Positions 36,017 to 45,117 are shown, numbered from the stretch's first letter. The stretch: DNA of 64,000 bases from Escherichia coli (GCF_024700885.2 NZ_CP117016.1), one strand, 5' to 3'. The notes: generated from the sequence alone by a model not told the origin. A program made the numbers and translations.

Positions 36017-36931
36017 TTATGGTAAGTATTTAAGTATTTCTGCTGCCCAGTTTACACGGTGGATGACACGGGCATGGTGCAAGTTTCCGTCTAGTATTTC
36101 GGCTTTAGTTAGCTGGGATAACTGCTGCCAATTATTGTTAAGTATATAAGTTGCGTTATTACATTGTGAGCTTTCTAGCACGTAAATGTTTTGGCCTGTG
36201 AACCCAAATATCACGTAGCCTTGGAACCCAGCTTGCCCAACCGCTACGAAATCTGGTTTTTTACTATTGATAAGTTCAAGTCTGCCTTCAACAACAGCGG
36301 TATTGCCCTTTCCCCTGATCTTAATAGCTGAAAGGATTTTTGAGCCGATAGTACTCCAAGGCTGTTGACCCTGAGGCAGGAGGCTCCAGTTTAGTTTTAT
36401 AGATTTACTTTTAACGATGGTATTAAGTTGGTCGTCAACAGTTTCGCACAACCCAAAAAGCTCTAAAAAAAGATTAATGCAGTGAGCCACTAACTCTTTG
36501 TTGTTAGCTGTCAAACTTAGCTTTGGAGAGATGATCAACTTCTCCCCTTGAAGATTCTCTACAATCTTTAACTCTATGCTTGGTGGAGGGGTGAGGATTC
36601 TCTTGTAGCGCTTATACTCAATTTCACGAGTGTCAGTAACTTCTTGAGTTGCGCCCCCTCCGATCCATTGCTTTCTAGTCCATGAAATTTGTCTGTATGC
36701 AGTTTCTTTAGGTGCTGTTTTGTCAGGTACTGATTTGCCATTAGCATTGAATCTGGTTATTGGCCCTAAAATCTTGGGGAGGACTTCTTCACCTAAAGCT
36801 CTTTGACTTGAGAAACCAATAGAGTCCGTTTTCCCCGCATCTGGCAAAGAATGTGCAATGTAGATATCACGGCCATCAAAGTTAGGTATGTAATTATCAA
36901 TATTTCGAATACGCTTTTTCTGAATAAGCAT
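36017..36931 (-). CDS. Hypothetical protein, 304 aa, no family recognised by eye
   Basis: Long ORF with SD (AAGGAA) upstream of ATG; first gene of the island next to leuX. Confidence 0.6.
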   Translation of the reverse strand: MLIQKKRIRNIDNYIPNFDGRDIYIAHSLPDAGKTDSIGFSSQRALGEEVLPKILGPITRFNANGKSVPDKTAPKETAYRQISWTRKQWIGGGATQEVTDTREIEYKRYKRILTPPPSIELKIVENLQGEKLIISPKLSLTANNKELVAHCINLFLELFGLCETVDDQLNTIVKSKSIKLNWSLLPQGQQPWSTIGSKILSAIKIRGKGNTAVVEGRLELINSKKPDFVAVGQAGFQGYVIFGFTGQNIYVLESSQCNNATYILNNNWQQLSQLTKAEILDGNLHHARVIHRVNWAAEILKYLP

Positions 36932-37058
36932 GGATCGTTCCTTTTGATTTTATCTTACTGTTTACATAACCAACCAAGCCGGGCACAATCGAGCCGTTAG
37001 AAACGATAGTGAGGCTAACAATCGTTATGAGTTTGCAGACTCATGGCGGTCATGCTTC

Positions 37059-37094
37059 ATAGACCGGATTCACGCAGGTGACTCCGGTTTTTTT
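37059..37094 (+). terminator. Orphan plus-strand intrinsic terminator
   Basis: About 10-bp stem (CCGGATTCAC / GTGACTCCGG, one mismatch), GCAG loop, followed by 7 T; no plus-strand ORF upstream. Confidence 0.5.
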
Positions 37095-37782
37095 ATGCCC
37101 ATCATTTATACATGAGCACAACATATAGGGTGTGTTAATAAGATTACCCCCTACATGTTCAGCATTCTAGTTAGGATTCTTTGCAGTACAAGGGGTGATT
37201 TTGAGGTTAAATTGAGGTTGTCAAAGGGAAATTTCGACCAACCCTACGTGCCGTAAGGCTTAGGCTGTATGTCAATGTTTCAGAAAAAAAATGAAAATTT
37301 GATCGAGTGCTGATTTCTTTAGCACGAGAACATGAGATCGAACCAAAATATTGCAAAGTTTTGAACAAAACTTGAGCTGCCTCGTGTCTCCATAGCCAAG
37401 ACGAATGCAGTTTAAATAAGCTAAGTCAGCTCTCAAAAGTCCTTTATGACCCGAACCAAAAATTGTACCTCTTAAACCCCCACCGCAAGCGGCTCTCCGG
37501 GGTTTGTGCGCGTGGAGTAATGCGATTGTACTGGGTATGTGCGCACAACCCTCTACAAGCCGCATTCTACCGTTAGCCTATAGCTGAATCCCCGGCTTGA
37601 AAAATTGCACGCTTATGGTTGCCCCTCCCTCAACTGTATAGCTCGCCCGCGCCCCCGTGCGCATGTGCGTGCCCGCGCGTCAGGGGTCGCTGAGAAAACC
37701 CTAAGATTTTGCTCATCCGAGACAACCGTTGCAGGCGCGCGTTGCCGGGGCACACTGTTAGTGTTTGATGGTGTCATCAATC

Positions 37783-37892
37783 GACCGTTTTCTGGCACCT
37801 CCCAATCGCACGCTTTCACACTGTTGGAAAAATAGCCTTGGCTTTTCTGGCAGGCCATCCTAATGTTGGCCTCGTTTTCTGGCAGGGGTCAG
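37783..37892 (+). repeat. Three direct repeats of (C)GTTTTCTGGCA upstream of the recombinase gene
   Basis: cgaccGTTTTCTGGCAcc, ggcTTTTCTGGCAgg, ctcGTTTTCTGGCAgg at about 37789, 37843 and 37875. Confidence 0.4.
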
Positions 37893-37906
37893 ATGGGGAG
37901 ATAACA

Positions 37907-38467
37907 ATGGCAACTTTTGGCTACGGACGTGTTTCGACATCGCAGCAGGATACTGAGAACCAACGGCTGGAGCTTGGGCAGGCTGGGTGGCAAATTGATT
38001 ACTGGTTTGCCGATGTTGTTAGCGGGAAGGTTCCGGCAATGCAACGTAAAGCATTTTCTGAAATGCTCAATAAAATCCGCGATGGTGAAACGTTGGTGGT
38101 AGCGAAGCTTGATCGTCTGGGGCGTGATGCGATTGACGTCCTGCAAACGGTAAGGGCGCTGGCTGACCGTAATATCAAGGTTCTTGTCCACCAGCTTGGT
38201 AACACAGATCTCACTTCTGCCGCTGGGAAGTTGCTATTATCTATGCTCGCCGCGGTTGCGGAGATGGAGCGTGATCTGCTGATTGAGCGCACTCAGGCGG
38301 GACTATCACGAGCAAAAGCCGAAGGTAAGAAATTGGGCAGACCTCCTAAAATCGCGTCAGAAGCCCGTAGAGAGATTTTAGAGAAAAAGAATAGCGGTTT
38401 GAGTATCAGTGCGTTAGCGCGTCAATATGGCGTTTCAAGAGCGACTGTAGCAGCTATTACCGATTGA
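37907..38467 (+). CDS. Small serine recombinase (resolvase/invertase family)
   Basis: 186-aa product from MATFGYGRVSTSQQD (catalytic Ser motif), C-terminal HTH; SD GGGGAG upstream. Confidence 0.85.
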   Translation: MATFGYGRVSTSQQDTENQRLELGQAGWQIDYWFADVVSGKVPAMQRKAFSEMLNKIRDGETLVVAKLDRLGRDAIDVLQTVRALADRNIKVLVHQLGNTDLTSAAGKLLLSMLAAVAEMERDLLIERTQAGLSRAKAEGKKLGRPPKIASEARREILEKKNSGLSISALARQYGVSRATVAAITD

Positions 38468-38480
38468 ATATGGAGAGTTT

Positions 38481-39326
38481 ATGGCTTACACAGCAACTGT
38501 TATCCCTGTAATGATTGCTTCTCCTGGTGATGTCGCTGAAGAGAGACAAGTCATTCGTGAAATGATCCATGAGTGGAATGATATAAATTCAGCTCGTTCA
38601 AAAGTAATGTTGACACCAATTGGATGGGAAACTCATACATCACCCGAATTAGGAGTTAGGCCTCAGAAGTTGATTAATCAAAGATTATTAGTAGATTGTG
38701 ATTTATTAATCGGTGTGTTTTGGACTCGTCTAGGCTCACCGACTGGGAACGAGGCCAGCGGAACAGTCGAAGAAATCCACCGTCATTTGAATGCGGGAAA
38801 ACCGGCAATGATTTACTTTTCCTCAAAGCCTGTTGCCCCTGAAAGCCTTGATAGAGAACAATATGAGTCTCTTAAATTGTTCAAAACTGAGTGCATGCAA
38901 AAGGGATTGATAGAGTCTTTTAATGACTTATCTGATTTCAAAGACAAAGTCCGTAGGCAACTTTCGATAATTATTTCTAGTAGCCCTTATTTGTCTTCTC
39001 TTATATCTACCATTAACAATTCTCCTGATGCGAATACAAGTCAATCTTTGCCAGAAAGTAATTTGTCCGCCGATGCACTCAGTTTGCTGAAATTGGCATG
39101 TGTCGATGATAGCGGAACAATTTATGTGATAAGGCATTTAGGTGGCACGGATATTCAAGCGGGAAATCAATCCTTTGGTGGAAGTTCGGCTAGAGAGGTA
39201 GCCCGTTGGGAGGGCGCACTTAACGAACTGTTATCCTTTGATTATGTGATTGAAAGAGGGGCAAAAGGACAAATGTATTATGTTACTCATAAAGGCTGGA
39301 CATTTCTTGAATCTTTAAATGAATAA
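38481..39326 (+). CDS. Hypothetical protein with DUF4062/TIR-like-looking N-terminal domain, Ser-rich linker and small C-terminal domain
   Basis: 281-aa ORF 14 bp after the recombinase gene; N-terminal pattern VIPVMIASPGDVAEERQ ... CDLLIGVFWTRLGSP ... GKPAMIYF; domain call is by eye only. Confidence 0.55.
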   Translation: MAYTATVIPVMIASPGDVAEERQVIREMIHEWNDINSARSKVMLTPIGWETHTSPELGVRPQKLINQRLLVDCDLLIGVFWTRLGSPTGNEASGTVEEIHRHLNAGKPAMIYFSSKPVAPESLDREQYESLKLFKTECMQKGLIESFNDLSDFKDKVRRQLSIIISSSPYLSSLISTINNSPDANTSQSLPESNLSADALSLLKLACVDDSGTIYVIRHLGGTDIQAGNQSFGGSSAREVARWEGALNELLSFDYVIERGAKGQMYYVTHKGWTFLESLNE

Positions 39327-39362
39327 TTAAATGCGAGGCCATTACATAAGTTTATTTTTGAT

Positions 39363-39391
39363 GTGAGGGTGAATTCCCTCACATTTTTATT
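39363..39391 (+). terminator. Intrinsic terminator after the recombinase/DUF4062-like gene pair
   Basis: Hairpin GTGAGGG-tgaatt-CCCTCAC followed by ATTTTTATT. Confidence 0.6.
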
Positions 39392-39881
39392 CGAAAGAGG
39401 CCGCAATGACTTCTCCTGTTTTTGCGTTGAAAACACAAAAGTATTGAAGCGGAGCTAGCATCCCCAAGCCGTTAACTACCTTAGCTTGTTGCCCAAATGC
39501 CTGAATAATCTTCGCATTCTCATCGTGCCAGAGATAAGTATTAAATACAGGCGCTTCGCTTTCTTGCCACACATGGCGAAACTTCGCTTTCTCATCCATT
39601 ACCTTTTTGCACTCCCTGACCGGGTTATGGTGCGTTTTCGCATAGCATTCCGGGTTGTCATCTGCACATACGATATCTTTTCGTGCTGTCTGATGCTCAG
39701 CACCTACAGCAGAAAAGGCGCATACGCCCAGCACCAATGAGAGAGTGCCCAGAGCACCCCATACAGTTGCGCGTAGCGTGCTGATGTGCTGCTTTGATAC
39801 AGCATGGGCAACTACACTATAACTGGCCCAGCTAATCGCGGCTCCCGCTGCAATCGGTAGTAAAAAGTCTGCTCCCGTCAT
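39387..39881 (-). CDS. Hypothetical small membrane-anchored protein (two N-terminal TM helices, Cys-containing soluble C-terminus)
   Basis: ORF 39387..39938; start preferred at Met 39881 with GAGGG SD; no family recognised. Confidence 0.5.
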   Translation of the reverse strand: MTGADFLLPIAAGAAISWASYSVVAHAVSKQHISTLRATVWGALGTLSLVLGVCAFSAVGAEHQTARKDIVCADDNPECYAKTHHNPVRECKKVMDEKAKFRHVWQESEAPVFNTYLWHDENAKIIQAFGQQAKVVNGLGMLAPLQYFCVFNAKTGEVIAASFE

Positions 39882-40121
39882 GATTCCCTCACTTTCCAAA
39901 CCACATCGCGCCTGATAGCGAACGCTGGTGACGCCCAACCGATGATGATCATCATACTTGTTGGGTTTTAAATGTCACCATTGGTGTTTGTTTTGAATCA
40001 AAAAGGATTGTCATGATACAGCCGATGAATGCTAGTGACTAAGCTCGCTGACGTGAGATTGGATTCAAAATATCTCATATGGAGCGTGGCCTTACAGTGG
40101 TCAAAATTGCACATTCAGTGC

Positions 40122-40586
40122 ATGAAAAAATCCCTGAGAATACAGTTTGGCGAGCGGGTAAAAGAACTGCGCATTGCCACCGGATTGAGCCAGGAGGCCT
40201 TTGCCGATCGGTGCGGGTTTGCACGTAGTTATATGAGCAGAATTGAACGTGGTGGCTCTAATGCGTCTCTGGATGCGATTGAGGTGCTGGCTAACGCTCT
40301 GAGCGTTGAGCCGTGGCAGTTGTTAGCGCCTGGCCCATCTGAAGATAACGACTCGGAACTGTTGGTTCCATACGCAGCCGATGGTTCCTGTTTTCACCCC
40401 GGTTTGGCGAGCACCCGTGATGGCTCGTTTGGCGTAGGTGATAAAGCGGCTCAGAAGCGTTTTGGCACGTTTGCTGAAGCTCTTGAGTATCTTCGTAGCA
40501 TGGAGACAGCAAAATGGCGTAGGCCTAATCCTAGCGGCAACTGGGGTATCGTATCAGCGGTTCGGTGGGACAAACTGAGAAAGTAG
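40122..40586 (+). CDS. XRE-family HTH transcriptional regulator with about 90-aa C-terminal extension
   Basis: Cro/C1-type HTH (LRIATGLSQEAFADRCGFARSYMSRIERG); divergent from the membrane protein gene. Confidence 0.65.
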   Translation: MKKSLRIQFGERVKELRIATGLSQEAFADRCGFARSYMSRIERGGSNASLDAIEVLANALSVEPWQLLAPGPSEDNDSELLVPYAADGSCFHPGLASTRDGSFGVGDKAAQKRFGTFAEALEYLRSMETAKWRRPNPSGNWGIVSAVRWDKLRK

Positions 40587-41076
40587 CTCAAGTGTAAGTT
40601 TATGAATTTTCATGCTGTATGGATGAACAGTATTCATTAGATGCTGATAGTCTTATGTTTCATCAGCCCTTTGTTTCTATAAGAGTGAATAAAACAGCAA
40701 AATGCGGGTGCGTTACGTAGGCGTTACGGTGGCGTTTCGCTTTGGCTCTTAATGGCTTAATTCATATAAATAACATTGAGTTAAATAGTTATTCTGAACA
40801 AGGTCTGCCGGGGTCTAACTGGTTTCAAAATCCGAACGCAGTGGCGTTTATTCAACGTCCACATAGCTGACAAATGTTCTTTCCTCCCGACTCGGCAGAC
40901 CTCCAGAAACATTAAAAGGCAGGTATGGCACGTTGATGTTTTATGCCGCCACGAACACTCGGTTTGATTCCGTCCAGCGGATCAAACTTAATATGTAGCC
41001 CCTAGAACAAAAAGGTCCTACGATTGCTCTCTTAACAGCTAACAGGAACGTGATTACAGCAGGTTATAGAGACTTA

Positions 41077-41101
41077 GGTTCGAGTCCGGCCTTCGGCACC
41101 A
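41077..41101 (+). repeat. Island junction (attR-like): displaced copy of the leuX 3' end
   Basis: Second copy of GGTTCGAGTCCGGCCTTCGGCACCA, followed by the expected tRNA terminator hairpin. Confidence 0.75.
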
Positions 41102-41114
41102 AAAGTATGTAAAT

Positions 41115-41140
41115 AGACCTCAACTGAGGTCTTTTTTTAT
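41115..41140 (+). terminator. Intrinsic terminator following the displaced leuX 3' end
   Basis: GACCTC-aact-GAGGTC followed by TTTTTTT. Confidence 0.55.
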
Positions 41141-41287
41141 GCCTGAAATCCAGTGTTTATCTATCTTTCCCGCTATATTAACTCTCTCAAGGTCAACCGA
41201 TATCAACGTACATCTACCAACATATGTTGGTACAGATGATGGTATTTCCGGTTCGATAATGCTTGTACCAACAGGGAGGGAATACGC

Positions 41288-41878
41288 ATGGCATTAACAG
41301 ATATCAAAGTCAGAGCAGCCAAGCCAACGGATAAGCAATATAAGCTGACTGATGGTGGCGGTATGCATCTGCTTGTCCATCCAAATGGTTCTAAGTACTG
41401 GCGTTTGCAGTACCGTTATGAGGGAAAGCAAAAAATGCTGGCACTTGGGGTTTATCCTGAAATCACACTAGCGGATGCCAGAGTACGTCGTGACGAGGCG
41501 CGTAAGCTGCTTGCGAATGGCGTCGATCCGGGAGACAAAAAGAAAAATGATAAGGTTGAACAGAGTAAAGCACGAACCTTTAAAGAAGTCGCGATTGAGT
41601 GGCATGGCACCAATAAAAAGTGGTCTGAAGATCACGCCCATCGTGTGCTAAAAAGTCTTGAAGATAATCTTTTTGCAGCGCTTGGTGAACGTAATATCGC
41701 TGAGTTAAAAACTCGAGATTTATTAGCACCTATTGTTCCTTTAACCATCCGCAATGGCCAACGGTTTACAGAGCATAATACGAATAGCCGTAGAGCCAGC
41801 CAGTTACGGTGGTCGCGATGGTGTGTCCGCCAGAAAATCACCACGAATACCAGAATCGCGGCACTGACCAGAAAATGA
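41288..41878 (+). pseudogene. P4-type tyrosine integrase, N-terminal fragment (truncated or frameshifted after about 150 aa)
   Basis: N-terminus MALTDIKVRAAKPTDKQYKLTDGGGMHLLVHPNGSKYWRLQYRYEGKQK is typical of P4-family integrases; the catalytic domain is absent. Confidence 0.75.
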
Positions 41879-42372
41879 TAAACAGGAAACACGGGGAGGT
41901 TCACTTTGCTTTCTCCTGTAGTATTTTCTGTAGGTTCTGAACCGGTTCGAGCGGGGTTGTGAGGCTGATGGCAATCCCCGGGCTCTTCCTGCATGTTACA
42001 CTGGTACTGCAACAGGGGGCCTTCGCTCCTATGACATTACTCAGTATTTTCACTACTACACCCCATCTGCCATCCATAACAACCGATTCACCCCCTCGGG
42101 AGGCGTTGTTGCCCGTCACCCGGACAGGCATCGTTATGGACTTCTCTTGTTGCACGATCGATCAATTGTTATGCATGCTGACACCACTACCCCGGTGGGT
42201 ATGACCGATGCCTTTCTCACTCTCTTCCCGGTCATCGTCGGCCTTCCCCGTTATTGTGGCGTGTCGGCACCATCGACGGCATTTCGATGGCTGCTCAGTG
42301 TTCACTCACGTTACGGCCCGCATAACCCATTGACTTCCTGAAGAAGTCGTTTCAGGGAGAGATTCAGCCCTT

Positions 42373-43358
42373 TTGTTACCTCCTGGACCGCTTCCTGTCC
42401 TTCCAGTTGGAGCGAGAGTTAGTCGGGGCGGACTTTCACCGACGGAAAGATCGTGCATTTCAAGGCACACACAACAATATCTGCGAGCGTGCTATCCGTC
42501 CGGTCGTTATGGGACGAAAGGCCTGGTTGTTCGCTGGTTCACTGATGGCCGGGAACCGAGCGGCACAGATAATGAGCCTTCTGGAAACAGCAGTCTGGAG
42601 CCACATGCTTGGCTGACGGACGTCCTAACGCGTCTGCCCGGAGTGGCCGGAGGAGAGGTTGGCAGAGTTACTGCCTCTTGAGGGCTTTACCTTCTTTGGG
42701 TAAGTGATACCTGCCGTCAGGTGTTTGTGCACCGGGCCATAACCTGCAGTTGGGAATTGAACGCCTGACAACAGGAAATGAGCTAGAGCAGTAAACACGC
42801 GGGCTGACAATGGGTCAGAATATGAGTCTGCCCGGCGTTATTCTTGGGGTCAGTACTTCAGATCCAGCCTCCGGTACCAGACTAGCTAGCCCCTACGCAA
42901 CCAAATAAATCAACCATCGTAAGAGTGCAATCGTTCATATACACTGCCGGTGATGGGCGGAAAAATGCGTTAATGTTGAGTTCCTCGAACCCTTACCAAT
43001 TAAGGGACATAGCCAGATACGCAACTGGCTGATGCAAGCAGTCTGATGTCTTTAGATTCGCTGGCCTGCGGGCATGACAATGTCAAACAGTCAAAGATTG
43101 TGGCGTTGACGGTCAGTCTGGGTCGTAAAAACTTCCTGTTCTTCGGCTCTGACCATGGTGGTGAGCGGGGAGCGCTACTGTACAGCCTGATCGGGACGTG
43201 CAAACTGAATGACGTGGATCCAGAAAGCTACCTTCGCCATGTGCTTGGCGTCATAGCAGACTGGCCGGTCAACCGGGTCAGCGAACTGCTTCCGTGGCGT
43301 ATAGCACTGCCAGCTGAATAACACATCCCCGTCAATACGGCCCTCGCTGTACGCTTAC
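42373..43358 (+). mobile_element. IS66-family transposase remnants (two C-terminal fragments), right end at about 43358
   Basis: Fragments with GRKAWLFAGS and LGRKNFLFFGSDHGGERGALLYSLIGTCKLNDVDPESYLRHVL; terminal ...ACGCTTAC matches the IS66 right end at 57116. Confidence 0.55.
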
Positions 43359-43434
43359 GATTAGTGGTGGTGTCTTCCAGTGCGAGGAGCAGCGGATGAG
43401 CCTCACATGCCCTTGCAGTGGCGGTAAATCCGGC

Positions 43435-43815
43435 TTAGGCAATGGCTTCCGGGGACACAGACGGGTTACGTATCAGGCGGTACGCACTTTCAACCTGAGC
43501 AGTGGAGTGGGATGATTTCACAATAGAAAGACCTGCATGCTGAGCGAGAGAAGAGGCCAGTGACACAAGGCGTCGTGTACGACGCGGATCACCGAGACGG
43601 GCATGTCCAAACTGCTCGTTATCCCATGAATAACAATCAGAAAGTACCATAACAGACCCGAAGAAAATGAAATATAAGAGAAGATCAACGGGTGAAGAAA
43701 AAGTTCAAAAAATCGCTGCCGGGGAGGAAGGAAACTACCGAATGGAAAGAGTCCCCCTAAAGCAGACTGACAGACATCACAAATCCCCGGGTGGGGATTT
43801 GTGTATAAGAGACAG
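43435..43815 (-). mobile_element. IS4-family (IS50-like) element remnant: terminal inverted repeat plus transposase N-terminal fragment
   Basis: Fragment ARLGDPRRTRRLVSLASSLAQHAGLSIVKSS...AYRLIRNPSVSPEAI resembles the IS50 transposase N-terminus; end sequence CTGTCTCTTATACACAAA at 43798-43815. Confidence 0.55.
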
Positions 43816-44113
43816 CCTGATAGGGGGGCGCATACATTATGCATACATACTCTCGGATATTGTAAAAGTTTTTTATATAATTACTAAGTTAGCTACCATC
43901 AATAAAATATTGACGTTAGCAGGTAACATCAACTTAATATATAAAAATATTCTTAGGTGAAAGTAACTGTTCAAGATAAAATAAAATCATCGCTTAAAAA
44001 GAAAAACACTCTCTTTGTTATATACGTACTCTGATAAATGCCAGATAAAACTATTAATTTTCATAAAAATATAATGCCATATATTATGATGCTATACATC
44101 TTACATATTCAAT

Positions 44114-44878
44114 TCAGATATATTTTAATTTTTCCGATAGTTCTTGACACGCATCAAGAACCAAAGTTGAATAATATTCAATTTTTTCTTTAGGTATCTG
44201 AATTTCCACGCCACTAATGCTGATAGCTGCAATTACTTCACGAGTCTGATTAAATACCGGAGCAGCAATACAATAAATTCCCGGTGAATCCTCTGCGTTA
44301 TCAAAAGCCCATCCACGTTCACGAATACGTGCAAATTCCTGTATTAGATCAGATTTACGAGTGATAGTTGTTTGCGTAAATCGTGGCAACGTTTCCTCAG
44401 GCAACAATGTGTCAATGACGTCTTGAGGTAACCACGCACATAAAGCCTTACCAACTCCAGAACTATGGAGTGGCAACTTCTTGCCTACCCACGTTCTGAT
44501 GCCAATTGGTTGTGTACTCTCGAGTTTCAAAATATAGATTGGAGCGACTTCATCGAGAATGCCCAGATGGCAGATAAGATCAGTACTGTCTCTCAGTTTT
44601 TCTAGAACCGGCCTCGCTACCTTACTGATGTCAAACTGCTCCAGAGATCGATTCCCCCATTCATACAATTTCAGCCCAAGAAAAAAACGCCCTCTTTCCT
44701 GACGTAACAGATGATGTTCGACAAGGGCATTCAGTAAAGATGATGTGCTGCTTTTTGGCAGATCCAGATCCTGCTGGATCTGGCTGAAGGTGGCGCCTGG
44801 AGAGCTAAAAAGGTAATTGCAGACTCTGACAGTTTTATCGAGTGCTGGTACCGATGTTCTGATGGTTTGATTATTCAT
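44114..44878 (-). CDS. IclR-family transcriptional regulator
   Basis: N-terminal HTH region and C-terminal effector domain; start taken at MNNQTIRTSVPALDKT; divergent from the catabolic operon. Confidence 0.75.
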   Translation of the reverse strand: MNNQTIRTSVPALDKTVRVCNYLFSSPGATFSQIQQDLDLPKSSTSSLLNALVEHHLLRQERGRFFLGLKLYEWGNRSLEQFDISKVARPVLEKLRDSTDLICHLGILDEVAPIYILKLESTQPIGIRTWVGKKLPLHSSGVGKALCAWLPQDVIDTLLPEETLPRFTQTTITRKSDLIQEFARIRERGWAFDNAEDSPGIYCIAAPVFNQTREVIAAISISGVEIQIPKEKIEYYSTLVLDACQELSEKLKYI

Positions 44879-45117
44879 AAAAAAATATGATTCCTTACAA
44901 TACTGAATAGTATACCCCATTCCCCCTTGATGCGCAGCGGCGCTTAGCACACATATTATACATGGCCTCCGCGTACCGGCATGCCTCTATAAACCTGACT
45001 TATTTCACACTTTTCATATCGCATTGTAAAAACATTTGACATGCAAAACCTGAATTTGATTCACTTTATTCAGCATAAAGAACTTATGTTCCATATACAG
45101 AACTTAGTGAGAGTGAT

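Noticed and set aside
36017-36931. 304-aa protein considered as the island's tyrosine integrase
   Set aside because: The position next to the tRNA is suggestive, but the sequence lacks the R...HxxR...Y catalytic signature and the typical N-terminal SAM-like domain.
37272-37565. 97-aa minus-strand ORF in the island spacer
   Set aside because: No SD, and it overlaps structured GC-rich repeats; more likely non-coding.
41020-41101. Second leuX-like sequence considered as a tRNA pseudogene
   Set aside because: Only the last 25 bp match leuX; the upstream sequence cannot form a cloverleaf. Interpreted as an attachment-site repeat.
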